64,000 nt of DNA from Paragordius varius (taxonomy: Eukaryota; Animalia; Nematomorpha), in the NCBI GenBank assembly GCA_964247055.1, contig OZ176058.1, positions 1,302,001 to 1,366,000 of the forward strand, given 5' to 3'. Shown in pieces: positions 25,196 to 39,400 of this stretch. A program made the translations under genes and the position numbers. Every line of letters begins with the position of its first letter. Within the stretch, counting starts at the first letter, position 1. The notes beneath the pieces are model-generated. The model did no database searches, was not told the origin of the DNA, and saw nothing but the letters and a program-made list of their open reading frames with translations.

Positions 25196-25610
25196 TTATA
25201 AAAAAATAAAATAAAATTAAATAAAAAATAATTTTTTTAAAATAAATTAATTTTTTAAAATAAAAATTTAAAAAAAATTAATTTGATTTAATTATTATTA
25301 TATCAAAATATTTTTTATTTTTCAAAAAAAAATTTATAAGTTTTATTTATGTAGTGAGTATTGAAAAAAAGCATTTTATGCATTTTTTATAAATTTTAAA
25401 ATATATCATTATATATATATATATACTAAAAAAAGTATAAAAAAAACTTTATTTAATTAATGTATAAATTTAAATAAAAATATAAAATTAATTTATTTAT
25501 TATTTTATTGTTTTTTATTTTCAAAAAAAAGTTATAGGTTTTTGTATTATGCAGTATTGAGTATTAAAATAAAAATTTTTTTACATTTTTTAATAAGGAT
25601 TATAATATAT

Positions 25611-25647
<37 letters not shown>

Positions 25648-26625
25648 GTTCAGGCTATAAAAATAAAATAAAATTAAAAAAAAATATTTTTTTAATTAAT
25701 TATATCTAAATTATAATAAAAATTTAAAAAATTTAATTTATTGAATAATTTTTTATAAATATAATAAAATAAAAATATAAAATTAATTTAATTTTTTAAA
25801 AAAATATATAGGTTTTCATATGTACGTAGTGAGTATTGAAAAAATAATTTTATGCATGTTCTTATAAGAAATAAAATATATCATTTTACAAATATATATA
25901 TATTAAAAAAATTATTAATATATATAAAAAATATTTTTTTAATAATTTAAATTAATATAAATTAAAATAAAACTTTTTAAAAAATCATATTTTTTTAATA
26001 ATTTAAATTAATATAAATTAAAATAAAACTTTTTAAAAAAATCAATTAATTAAATAATTTTTTATTAAAAACTTTATTGTTTTTTTTCTAAATAAAATTC
26101 ATGGGTTTACGTATGTATGTAGTGAGTATTTAAAAAATAATTTATGCATTATAAGAATTAAAAATTATTATATATTTTTAAAGCAAAATTATTAAATAAA
26201 AAATGTTTAATACTTCCAAGGAAAAAAATATAAAATGAAATAAATATGTTTTTAGTAAATATTAGTTATTTATGAATATAAAAGTTTTTTTTGATATATT
26301 TAAATATATAGTACTTTGAAAATAAGATAAATTAAATATTAAAAATCTTAATTATAAAATGTAAAATATAAATAAAAAAAGTATAATTATTAAATATATA
26401 ATAAAAAATTTCTAAAAAACAACCACATTTTTAATAAAGTAACAATTATATAAATAATTATATATATAAATAAAAAGATTAGAATTATTAAAAGTATATA
26501 ATAAATTAAAAAATTAGATTTTTTAAATAAACACATTTTTTATAAAATTAAATTAAAAATGTGGTTATTAAAAAATTATTATTTAAATAAATTATTTAAA
26601 TAAATTATTAAATACCATACATTCA

Positions 26626-26662
<37 letters not shown>

Positions 26663-28381
26663 ATTAAAATTTTCTAAAAATACCAAATTTTTTATAAAAT
26701 TAAATTAAAAAAATTTAAAAAAAAATATAAAAAAATAATTTAAATTCCAAATATTAAATATATATATATATATATTAAAAAATATTTTACAAAAACCACA
26801 TTTTAATAAAATTAAAAATTATTTAAAAAAAATTAATAAAAAATTAATTAAATACCATATATTCAATAGATTCATTTTCTTCATTAAATCGACTATTTAG
26901 GATTGGGAATTTGCTGAGAGCTATTGAAAGACTCTATGTTTAATTATAAAATAAAAATAATTTTTTTTAAAAAATTATAAATTTAAAATATTTTTTATTT
27001 ATAAAAAATATAATTTTTTATTATATAAAAAATATAATTTTTAATTTTTAAAAATATATCAAGAAATTTGGTTTTTTTATAAAATGTATAATTTTAACAA
27101 TTATAATTTTAAAAATAAATCAATAAATTTAGATTTAAATAGTATAATGTATTTATTTTTTTTATAAAAATTATAATTATTATAAATCAAGAAATTTAAA
27201 AAGTATAATGTATCTATTTTTTTTATAAAAAAATTATAATTTTAAGAAATAAAAAATCAAGAAATTTAGTTTTTTTTTAAAGCATAATGTATGAATTTAA
27301 AAAAAATATAATTTAAAAATATTTTTTATTTTATAAAAAAATATAATTTTAATTTTTAAAAAAGAAATCAGAAATTTGGTTTTTTTAGAGTAAAAAATAA
27401 ACATTTTTTTAGTATATTGATTTATATTTTAAGAAATAAAAAATCAAGATATTTAGTTTTTTTAAAGTGAAAAATAAACATTTTTTTAGTATATTGATTT
27501 AAATATTATATTTTTAAAAATATTTAAAAATTTGGTTTTTTGAAAGTATAATGTATGATTTTTTTTATGAAAAAATTAAAAATTTAGAAATTAATCAAGA
27601 AATTTGGTTTTTTTATAGTAAAAAAATAAACATTTTTCTAGTATATTGATTTATATTTTAAGAAAAAATCAAGAAATTTGGTTTTTTAAAAATATTTTTT
27701 ATGAAAAATTATAATTTTAAAAACAAAAAATTTGTTTTTTAAAGTATATTGTATGAATTTATTTTATAAAAATAATTTTTTAGTATAATGATTTAAATAT
27801 TATATTTTTATAAATAAATCAAGAAATTTAGTTTTTTTATAATATAATATAATTTTTTATAAAAAAAATTTTAATAAAAAAATTTTTTATTTTTTACTCA
27901 AGAAATTAGGTTAAATATAATGTGTGAAATTTATATAAAAAAATTATAATTTTAAAAAATAATTAAAAGATTTGGTTTTTTTTAAATATAATTTAAAAAT
28001 ATTTATTATTTTAAAAAATATAATTTTAATAAATAACAAATCAAGAAATTTGGTTTTTTTAAAGTAAAAAATAAACATTTTTTTAGTATATTGATTTGAA
28101 TTTTAAAAATAAATCAAGAAATTTATTTTTTTTGAAGAAAAAAATATTTTTTATGAAAAATTATAGTTTTAAAAATATATCGAAAAATTTGGTTTTTTTA
28201 AAGTATAGAATTTATTTTACAATAAAAAATTATAATTTTTAGAAATTAACCATTGGTTTTTTTAAAGTAAAAAATAAACATTTTTTTAGTATATTGATTT
28301 AAAAATTATAATTATTAATAAAAATAAATCAAGAGATTTAGTTTTTTTAAAGTATAATGTATGAATTTTTTTTAATAATTT

Positions 28382-28417
<36 letters not shown>

Positions 28418-30433
28418 TTATATACCATTTATAGTACAAATATACCCTTAAACAATTCAAATCACCCTTAAACAATTCAAATCACCCTTAAAAATTCAAA
28501 ATCACCCTTAAACAATTCAAATTCACCCTAAAAATAAATTATGTGTTTTCGAGGAGCTAAAATAACTCATTATTAATAAAGAAATATTTTCTTATGCCGC
28601 ATAGACTATTATATTTTCAGTATTATATTAATTTACCACAAAATTTCCATTTTTAAAAATAAATATAAAAAATATAGGTATTATTTAATGTTAAAAAAAC
28701 TCTAAAAATTATTGTAGAGTGAATTTAAATTGTTCGAGGGTGAATTTGAACTGTAAATGGTATATAAATGGAATAATTTTTTTACATTTTAAACACAAGA
28801 CTGCAAATGAAATTTCTCTAAAATTGTCAATTTTTTCTAAATTTTTGAAAAAAAAATTTTGAATTTTATATAATTTTCAAAAAAAATATTTTATTATTTT
28901 AAACAATAAATTTAAGGATAAATCGATAATTTTATCGCTTAAATCTCATCATCTGTTTTTTTCTAATTTTTTTCTAAATTTTTAAATTAAAATTTTTTTT
29001 GGAATTTTATATAAAATTTTCTCGATTAGTATTAAAAAAAATATTTTATTATTTTAACAAAAATATAAGTATAAATCAAAAATTTTATCGCTTAAATTCA
29101 ATTTTTTCTAAATTTTTAAAAAAAAAATTTGAATTTTATATAAAATTTTCTCGATTAGTATTAGAAAAAAATGTTTTATAATTATTTTATACAAAAATTA
29201 AAGCATAAATAGAAAATTTTATCGACTTAACCCCATTTTTAAACTTGTCTATTTTTTCTAAATTTTTAAGATTGTTTTTAATTTTTCTATAGGATTTTCT
29301 TGAAGAGTTTTAGAATAAATGTTCAAAATTATTTTAAACGAAAAGAAATCATAAATCGAAAATTTTATCGATAAAACTGGATTTTCTTTAAAATTCTCAT
29401 TTTTTTCAAAATTTTTAGAATTCTTTAAATTAATTTTTTTATAGAATTTTCTCGATTATTAGAAAAATAAATCTTTTTTAATGATTTAAATTAAAAATAA
29501 ACCATTATTAATCAAAAATTATATTATTTAAATCCATTTTCAATAATATCTACCTTTATAAAAATGGCATTAAAGTCATTTTTTGATAGCTTTCTGTATT
29601 ATTATTACTGCCATTTAAAAAAATTCTAAAATTTTTAGGTTATGTTTTCATAAAAATTATATTTTTTGAAATTTCCATTCCCTAATTTTTAGAGGGTTTT
29701 CTTCTAAATTTTCCAAAGAATTTTTTTTAAAAAAAACATATTTTCGATAATAATAAACCCCATTTTTTAAGAAAAATAAGCCTTGTTTAGAAAAATTCGT
29801 TGCGATTGTAAAATAATTGTATATTTACTTAAATCAAAACATTACCTACGTTTATAAAAAATGGCATTAAAGTCATTTTTTGATAGCTATTATCTGTCTT
29901 ATTATTGCCATTTTGAAAATTTCCAACATTTTTTGGGTTAAATTCTTTAAAATTTTCAGTTTTTTCAGGATTTTTAAGGTTTTTTCAGAATTTTTAGAAA
30001 CTTTTTCTAAACTTTTGATAGAATTTCCAAAAATTGCTTTCTAAACAAGTATTTACACTTTTTTCAATAATAAACCCATTTTTTTAAAAAAATAACCCTT
30101 GTTTAAAATAATTTCGTTGAAAATAATTGTATATTTAAATCAAACACAACTAACCTTTATAAAAAATGGCATTTAAGTCATTTTTTGATAGCTATTATCT
30201 ATATTATTATTGCCATTTTGAAAATTTCCAAGAATTTTTGGGTTAAATTCTTGAAATTTTTAAGATATATTCTAGAAAATTTCCAGTTTTTTCTAAAATT
30301 TCCAAAAAATTTCCGAAAAATTTCTTTTCTAAACAAATATTTACACATTTTCTCGATAATAAACCCCATTTTTTTAAAAAAATTCACCCTTAAAAAAATA
30401 ACCCTTGTTTATTAAAATATTTGAATTTTTAAT

Positions 30434-30470
<37 letters not shown>

Positions 30471-33400
30471 ACCTTTATAAAAAATGGCATTAAAGTCATT
30501 TTTTGATAGCTATTTTCTATATTATTATTGGCATTTCGAAGATTTTCAACATTTTTTAAGTTATATTCTTTGAAATTTCAGTTTTTCTAATGTTTTAGGA
30601 TTTTTTCCAAATTTTCCAAAGATTTTTTAAAAAATTGTTTTCTAAACAAATATCAACACATTTTTTTGATAATAAACCGAATTTATATTTACTTAAATTA
30701 AAAAACTACCTACCTTTATAAAAAATGGCATTAAAGTCTTTTTGATAGCTATTATTTATATTATTATTGTCATTTTGAAAATTTCCAGCATTTTTTGGGT
30801 TAAATTCTTTAAAATTTCCGGTTTTTTCAGGATTTTTAGGAACTTTTTCTGTATTTTCTAAAAAATTTTCTAGAAAATTCTTTTCTAAACAAATAATTAC
30901 ACATTTCGATAATAAACCCCATTTTTTTAAAAAAATATAACCCTTGTTTAATAAAATATTTAAATTTTTAATCCATATATATATATATATTTTACCTTTA
31001 TAAAAAATGGCATTAAAGTCATTTTTTGATAGCTTTCTGTATTATTTCCAACATATTGAAAATTTTCAACATTTTTTGGGTTAAATTCCTTAAAATTTTC
31101 AGTTTTTTCTGAAGTTTTAAGAACTTTTTCAGTATTCTCTAAACTTTCTAAGGAATTTTCTAGAAAATGGTTTTCTAAGCAAGTATTTGCTTGGCATTTA
31201 AATTGCATAAGGTAGTCTGGACTTATAGCTTCTGTAAGGACAAATTGTGGTATACTTAAACTTTTTGTCATTGATTTTATCATGGCTTTTCGAGCGCCTA
31301 AAAATAAAATTGTTTAATTTTTAAATATTTATTAAATATATTTATTAATTAATTATTTTTTAAATATATATAAAATTTTATTGAAAATTTAATTATTAAT
31401 TCAATTTTAAAAAATTTGATTAATTCAGATTTATAGTATAAGATTTTACATATTTAATTTATGTTTTTATTTTGAAATTTTATTATTTTCTGGTTTTTTA
31501 AAAATTTGCTTAAACTTTTTGTCATTGATTTTATCATGGCTTTTCGGGCGCCTGAAAATAAAAAAATAAAAAAAAGTTTTAATTTATAAAAAAAATATTT
31601 ATTGATATAATATCTATAATATATAATTATTAAATTATATAGATTTTATATATTTAATTAATTTTTAATATTTTATATAATTTTTTTGTCATTGATTTTA
31701 TCTTGGCTTTTCGGGGGCGTTAAAAAAATATTTAATTATTAAAAAAAATTTATTTTTTATAATAAAAATTATTAATTTTTAAATATTAATTTAAAAATTA
31801 TTTAATTTGTTAAAATAAAATATATAATTAAATGTACATAATATTATTAAAAATTTTAAGTGTTAATTAAAATTTAAATTTAATTTTATATTTAATAGTT
31901 TTAAACTATTATTTGTCATTGATTTTATCATGGCTTTTCGGGGGCCTAAAAATATTTTTAGGGAATAAAAAATTAATTTTTTAATAAAATTGTTTTTTTA
32001 AATATTTTATTTTAAAAATTATTTAATAAAAAGTTATATGATTTATATTAAATTTTATTAAAAAAATTGAATTATATAAAAATTTATATATTTAGAAATT
32101 TTATTTAATATAGAAAAATTTAAATATTAATTGAAATCTTTGAAATTAATTTTTGAAATATTTTTTGTCATTAATTTTATCATGGCTTTTCAAGAACCTA
32201 AAAAAAAATTTTTAAAAAAACTTATATTTTTAATAAAATAATTATTTAAATTATATAGAAAATTATATAATAATATAAAAAAAATTTTGAGTATTAATTT
32301 AAACCTTTAAAATTCAATTAATTTTTTAAATATACTTAAACTTTTTGTCATTGATTTTATCATGGCTTTTCGGGCGCCTAAAAAAATTTAAATTATCTAA
32401 ATAAACTGTTTAATAAAATATTTTTTATAAAATATATTTAATGATTTAAATTATATAGAAATTTAAATATTTAATTGAAATTTTATTTTTTTGTAATTTT
32501 TTATTAATATTTTTAAACTTTTTGTCATGATTTTATCATGGCTTTTCGGGGAATTAAAAAATAAAATAAAAATTTTAAATTATTAATAAAAAATAAAATC
32601 TTTTATAAAAATTATTTAATTAATGGAATATTTTTTTAAAAAAAATTATTTTATTTATATTTTTATTGTAAATTATTTTTTATTAACTTTTTATAAATAT
32701 TCTTAAACTTTTTGTCATTGATTTTATCATGGCTTTCGCCTACAAAAAAAGGTAAGTAAAAATATATTTTTAATATATTTAGTTTAAAAAATTATTTAAA
32801 TTTATATTCAGTTTTTAAAATAATTTTTATTGAAAATTTAATTATTAATTCAATTTTAAATAATTTGATTGATATATTTATTTAACTTTTTGTGCCCAAA
32901 AATTTGTTATTGAAAATTGTGTAATAAAATATTAATTTTTTAAATAAAATAATTATTTAAATTTATTTTCAGATTTATATTAAATAAATTATTTTATTTA
33001 TAATCTAAATTATTTTTTTCTAATAATTTTATAAGTATTTTTATTTGTCATTAATTTTACCATGGCTTTTCGGGGGCCTGAAAATAAAAAAATAAAAATT
33101 ATTAAAAAAATTAAGAATATTTTTATTATCAAAATATATGAATATTTAAATTAAATAATTATTTAAATATATTTCAAATATTTTATTTAATAGATATAAA
33201 TTATATATATATTAATTGAAATCTTTGAAATTTAATAATTATTAAAATATTTATTTAAACTTTTTGTCATTGATTTTATCATGGCTTTTCGGGGGCCTAA
33301 AAATATTTTTAGGGAATAAAAAATTAATTTTTTAATAAAATTGTTTTTTTAAATATTTTATTTTAAAAATTATTTAATAAAAAGTTATATGATTTATATT

Positions 33401-36400
33401 ATAAAATTTTATTAAAAAAATTGAATTATATAAAAATTTATATATTTAGAAATTTTATTTAATATAGAAAAATTTAAATATTAATTGAAATCTTTGAAAT
33501 TAATTTTTGAAATATTTTTTGTCATTAATTTTATCATGGCTTTTCAAGAACCTAAAAAAAAATTTTTAAAAAAACTTATATTTTTAATAAAATAATTATT
33601 TAAATTATATAGAAAATTATATAATAATATAAAAAAAATTTTGAGTATTAATTTAAACCTTTAAAATTCAATTAATTTTTTAAATATACTTAAACTTTTT
33701 GTCATTGATTTTATCATGGCTTTTCGGGCGCCTAAAAAAATTTAAATTATCTAAATAAACTGTTTAATAAAATATTTTTTATAAAATATATTTAATGATT
33801 TAAATTATATAGAAATTTAAATATTTAATTGAAATTTTATTTTTTTGTAATTTTTTATTAATATTTTTAAACTTTTTGTCATGATTTTATCATGGCTTTT
33901 CGGGGAATTAAAAAATAAAATAAAAATTTTAAATTATTAATAAAAAATAAAATCTTTTATAAAAATTATTTAATTAATGGAATATTTTTTTAAAAAAAAT
34001 TATTTTATTTATATTTTTATTGTAAATTATTTTTTATTAACTTTTTATAAATATTCTTAAACTTTTTGTCATTGATTTTATCATGGCTTTCGCCTACAAA
34101 AAAAGGTAAGTAAAAATATATTTTTAATATATTTAGTTTAAAAAATTATTTAAATTTATATTCAGTTTTTAAAATAATTTTTATTGAAAATTTAATTATT
34201 AATTCAATTTTAAATAATTTGATTGATATATTTATTTAACTTTTTGTGCCCAAAAATTTGTTATTGAAAATTGTGTAATAAAATATTAATTTTTTAAATA
34301 AAATAATTATTTAAATTTATTTTCAGATTTATATTAAATAAATTATTTTATTTATAATCTAAATTATTTTTTTCTAATAATTTTATAAGTATTTTTATTT
34401 GTCATTAATTTTACCATGGCTTTTCGGGGGCCTGAAAATAAAAAAATAAAAATTATTAAAAAAATTAAGAATATTTTTATTATCAAAATATATGAATATT
34501 TAAATTAAATAATTATTTAAATATATTTCAAATATTTTATTTAATAGATATAAATTATATATATATTAATTGAAATCTTTGAAATTTAATAATTATTAAA
34601 ATATTTATTTAAACTTTTTGTCATTGATTTTATCATGGCTTTTCGGGGGCCTAAAAATATTTTTAGGGAATAAAAAATTAATTTTTTAATAAAATTGTTT
34701 TTTTAAATATTTTATTTTAAAAATTATTTAATAAAAAGTTATATGATTTATATTATAAAATTTTATTAAAAAAATTGAATTATATAAAAATTTATATATT
34801 TAGAAATTTTATTTAATATAGAAAAATTTAAATATTAATTGAAATCTTTGAAATTAATTTTTGAAATATTTTTTGTCATTAATTTTATCATGGCTTTTCA
34901 AGAACCTAAAAAAAAATTTTTAAAAAAACTTATATTTTTAATAAAATAATTATTTAAATTATATAGAAAATTATATAATAATATAAAAAAAATTTTGAGT
35001 ATTAATTTAAACCTTTAAAATTCAATTAATTTTTTAAATATACTTAAACTTTTTGTCATTGATTTTATCATGGCTTTTCGGGCGCCTAAAAAAATTTAAA
35101 TTATCTAAATAAACTGTTTAATAAAATATTTTTTATAAAATATATTTAATGATTTAAATTATATAGAAATTTAAATATTTAATTGAAATTTTATTTTTTT
35201 GTAATTTTTTATTAATATTTTTAAACTTTTTGTCATGATTTTATCATGGCTTTTCGGGGAATTAAAAAATAAAATAAAAATTTTAAATTATTAATAAAAA
35301 ATAAAATCTTTTATAAAAATTATTTAATTAATGGAATATTTTTTTAAAAAAAATTATTTTATTTATATTTTTATTGTAAATTATTTTTTATTAACTTTTT
35401 ATAAATATTCTTAAACTTTTTGTCATTGATTTTATCATGGCTTTCGCCTACAAAAAAAGGTAAGTAAAAATATATTTTTAATATATTTAGTTTAAAAAAT
35501 TATTTAAATTTATATTCAGTTTTTAAAATAATTTTTATTGAAAATTTAATTATTAATTCAATTTTAAATAATTTGATTGATATATTTATTTAACTTTTTG
35601 TGCCCAAAAATTTGTTATTGAAAATTGTGTAATAAAATATTAATTTTTTAAATAAAATAATTATTTAAATTTATTTTCAGATTTATATTAAATAAATTAT
35701 TTTATTTATAATCTAAATTATTTTTTTCTAATAATTTTATAAGTATTTTTATTTGTCATTAATTTTACCATGGCTTTTCGGGGGCCTGAAAATAAAAAAA
35801 TAAAAATTATTAAAAAAATTAAGAATATTTTTATTATCAAAATATATGAATATTTAAATTAAATAATTATTTAAATATATTTCAAATATTTTATTTAATA
35901 GATATAAATTATATATATATTAATTGAAATCTTTGAAATTTAATAATTATTAAAATATTTATTTAAACTTTTTGTCATTGATTTTATCATGGCTTTTCGG
36001 GCGCCTAAAATATTTTTTAAAAAAATAAAAATTTTTAATAAAAAATAAATTTTTTTATATAAATTATTTAATTAATGGAATATTATAAAAAAAATTTATT
36101 TTATATATATTTAATTAATATCTTTGAAATTTAATAATTTTAAAATATTTATTTTTTTGTCCTTAATTTTATCATGGCTTTTCGGGGGCCTAAAATATTT
36201 TTTTAAAATTATTTAAAAAAAAATTAAAAATATTGTTTAATAAAATAATTATTTAAAAAATATTTTTAAAAAAAATTTATTAATTTAATTATTAATTGAA
36301 TTTTAAAAAATTTGATTGATATATTTATTTAATAAATTTGTTATTGAAAATTGTGTAATAAAATATTAATTTTTTAAATAAAATTAGTCGATAAATTAAG

Positions 36401-39400
36401 TTTATTCTCAGATTAATATTATAAAAATTATTTTATTTATATTCTAAATTTAATTTTATTTTTTATTAATTAAAATATTTTTGAACTTTTTGTCATTGAT
36501 TTTATCATGGCTTTTCGAGCGCCTAAAAAAATTAAAAAAAGTTTTAATTAAAAAAAAAAATTTATAAATTATTTAATTAATGGATATCTTTTTAAAAAAA
36601 TTTATTTTATATATATTTAATTGAAAGCTTTGAAATTTAATATTTTTTTAAATATTTTTAAACTTTGTCATTGATTTTATCATGGCTTTTCGGGGGCCTA
36701 AAAATATTTTTAGGGAATAAAAAAAATTATCAAAAAAAATATAAGTTTAATTTAAATTTATTTAACATATATAAATTATATATATATTTATATATTTAGT
36801 TTTTTTTTAATTTTTTATAAATATTTTTAAACTTTTTGTCATCGATTTTATCATGGCTTTTCAAGAGCCTAAAAATATAAAAAATAAAATAAAAATTAAT
36901 TTTATAAAATATTTTGTTTGAAAATTGTGTAATAAAATTTTGATATTTTACATATTTAATTGAAATTTTATTTTTTATTTTTTCATAAATATTTTTGTCA
37001 TTGATTTTATCATGGCTTTTCATGGGCCTAAAAAATTTTTAGGGAATAAAATAATTAATAAAAAAAATTTCAAATAAATTATTTAAAATTTATATTCAGA
37101 TTTATATTAAAACAATTTTCATTAAAATATTAATATACCCATTCTAATTTAAAAAATTAATAAATTTTTTATAAATTTTATCATGGCTTTTCGGGGCCCT
37201 AAAAAAATTTTAGGGAATAAAAAAATTAAAATTATTAAAAAATTTATTTAAATTTATATTCAGTTTTTAAAATTATTTTTATTAAATATATTTTTGGATT
37301 TAAATATTCAGAAAATTATATAAAATTAATATAAAAAATTAAGTATTAATTTAAATCTTTAATTTTTTTTTATTTTTGTCATTGTTTTATCATGGCTTTT
37401 CGGGGGCTTAAGAAAAATAAAATTATTGAAAATATATTTTTTTCATAAAAATTAATAATTTTTGAAATATTAAATAAAATTGTTTAATATATAATCTAAA
37501 TTTAGTTTTAATTATTTTTTACATATAAATTTAAAATTATTAAGTAAATATAAAAAAAATTTAAAATTATCCAAAAAATATATAAATTTAACAAATAAAA
37601 TTTTTTAATGATAAAAATTAATTAATTTTAAATATTTTTTAAATAAAATATTAATATAAAATTTATATTAAAAAAATTTAAGTAATAATTTAAACCTTTA
37701 AAATTAAATTTTTTTTTTAATTATAATTTATAAAATATTAATTAAAATTATATCAGAGCTTCCTGGGGCGTGTAAAAAAGTGGAAAAAAAATATTTATTA
37801 ATTTTATCCTAATATGCCAAATTTAAACATTTTTTCTATAAATATTTAAATATAAAATTTATATAATTCTATAATTATATATATATATTTAAATATATAA
37901 TTTATATAAATTTATATATATATATATATATACATATTACAATTTAAATACTAAATTCAATTTAATTTCACCCTAAAAATAAATTAAGTGTTTTCGGGCA
38001 GCTAATATAACTTATTATTAATAAGAAATATATTTTTACTACAATATTTATGATTTTTTTCAGAATTATATTAATTTTTAAATAGATTTTCATATTTAAA
38101 AAAATTAAAAAAAAATTAAGGTAATTTTAAATCTTAAAAAACACATTATTTATTTTAGGGTTAATTTGAATTGTTCAAGGGTGAATTTGAACTGTAAATG
38201 GTATATGAAATTTTTATATAATTTTTTTACTATGCATTAGAAAAAATTTTTTAATATATTTATACATTTATATTTAAGGTTAAATCAAACTTTTTAATAT
38301 ATATATATATATAAAATTATTATAAATATTTTATATATTGATTATGGAAAAATTAAAATTTTTTTTAAAATACTAAATTTTATAATTTAATTTTTTTTAA
38401 TTTTAAAAAATATTACCTGTTAATTTTTCGATTCTAACTTGTTTATTATTTTTATTATTATTGTTTTCAGATTGGATTGATATTGATGAATCTAAAAATA
38501 AAAAATATTAAAGTAAAAATATTAAAATATATATGAAAAAATTAATTATAATAAAAGGATTTAAATTTTATTTATTTAAAAATATTAAAATATATTTATA
38601 AAGTATATATATATATATATAATATATTTAGTCAAGTGATTTTTAAAATGCAATTATTATATAATTTATAATTATAAAAAAAATATTATTTAAATATATA
38701 TATATATATATATATATACAAAAAATTTAAAATAAATCCAAATTTATATATTAGAAAAAAATAAAAAAATTTATTATATAAAAATAAAATTTTTTTAGAA
38801 ATATGTTAAATATTATAAAAAAATAATTTATAGAAAAAAATTTAAAAATAAATAAATACTTTAAAATAAAATGAAAAAAATTATATATAAAAAAAATTAT
38901 TAAAAAAAAGTAAAAAAACGAAAAATGTAAAACCTTAAATTTTAAAAGTATTAAATTTTTTAAGTAAATATAATTATTATATAGTATTTATAAATTTGTA
39001 AAATAATTTTTAAAAATTAAAAAAAAACAAATTTAAAATTTTTTAAATAAATACCAAATTTTTTATCTAGATGGGCCAATTTTAATACATCATTCATTTC
39101 TATACGGCCATCCACACCACTGGGATTTTCAATGTTATTTAAATCAATCTTGATAAAAAAATAAATAAAAAAAATAAAAATTATTTTAAATATTTAATAT
39201 AAATATATATATTTATATATATATATATATAATAATTATTAAATTAAAATCAAATTCTAAATAAAACTATAAGTCCAAAAATAATTCAAAAAGTTTAAAA
39301 TTTTTCATCTTAAAATATACCTAAAATATTAAAAATTCATATATTCATAACATATTAAATTATATATTGTTATAAAAATAAATAAAGCAATCTATTAATT

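Noticed and set aside
30185-30415. ORFs on both strands at 30185-30415, and at 36796-37023
   Set aside because: They lie in exon 7 echoes and are frameshifted relative to DBT.
32745-32760. Perfect AG|GTAAGT donor on the plus strand (also near 34104 and 35458)
   Set aside because: One site multiplied by the higher-order repeat, with no plus-strand exon upstream; on the DBT strand it is simply the pyrimidine tract of a decoy acceptor.
31298-37790. Conserved 35-45 nt repeat with variable spacers resembling a CRISPR array
   Set aside because: The repeat is the 5' edge of DBT exon 7, the spacers are related low-complexity sequence repeated in blocks, the context is eukaryotic and there are no cas genes.
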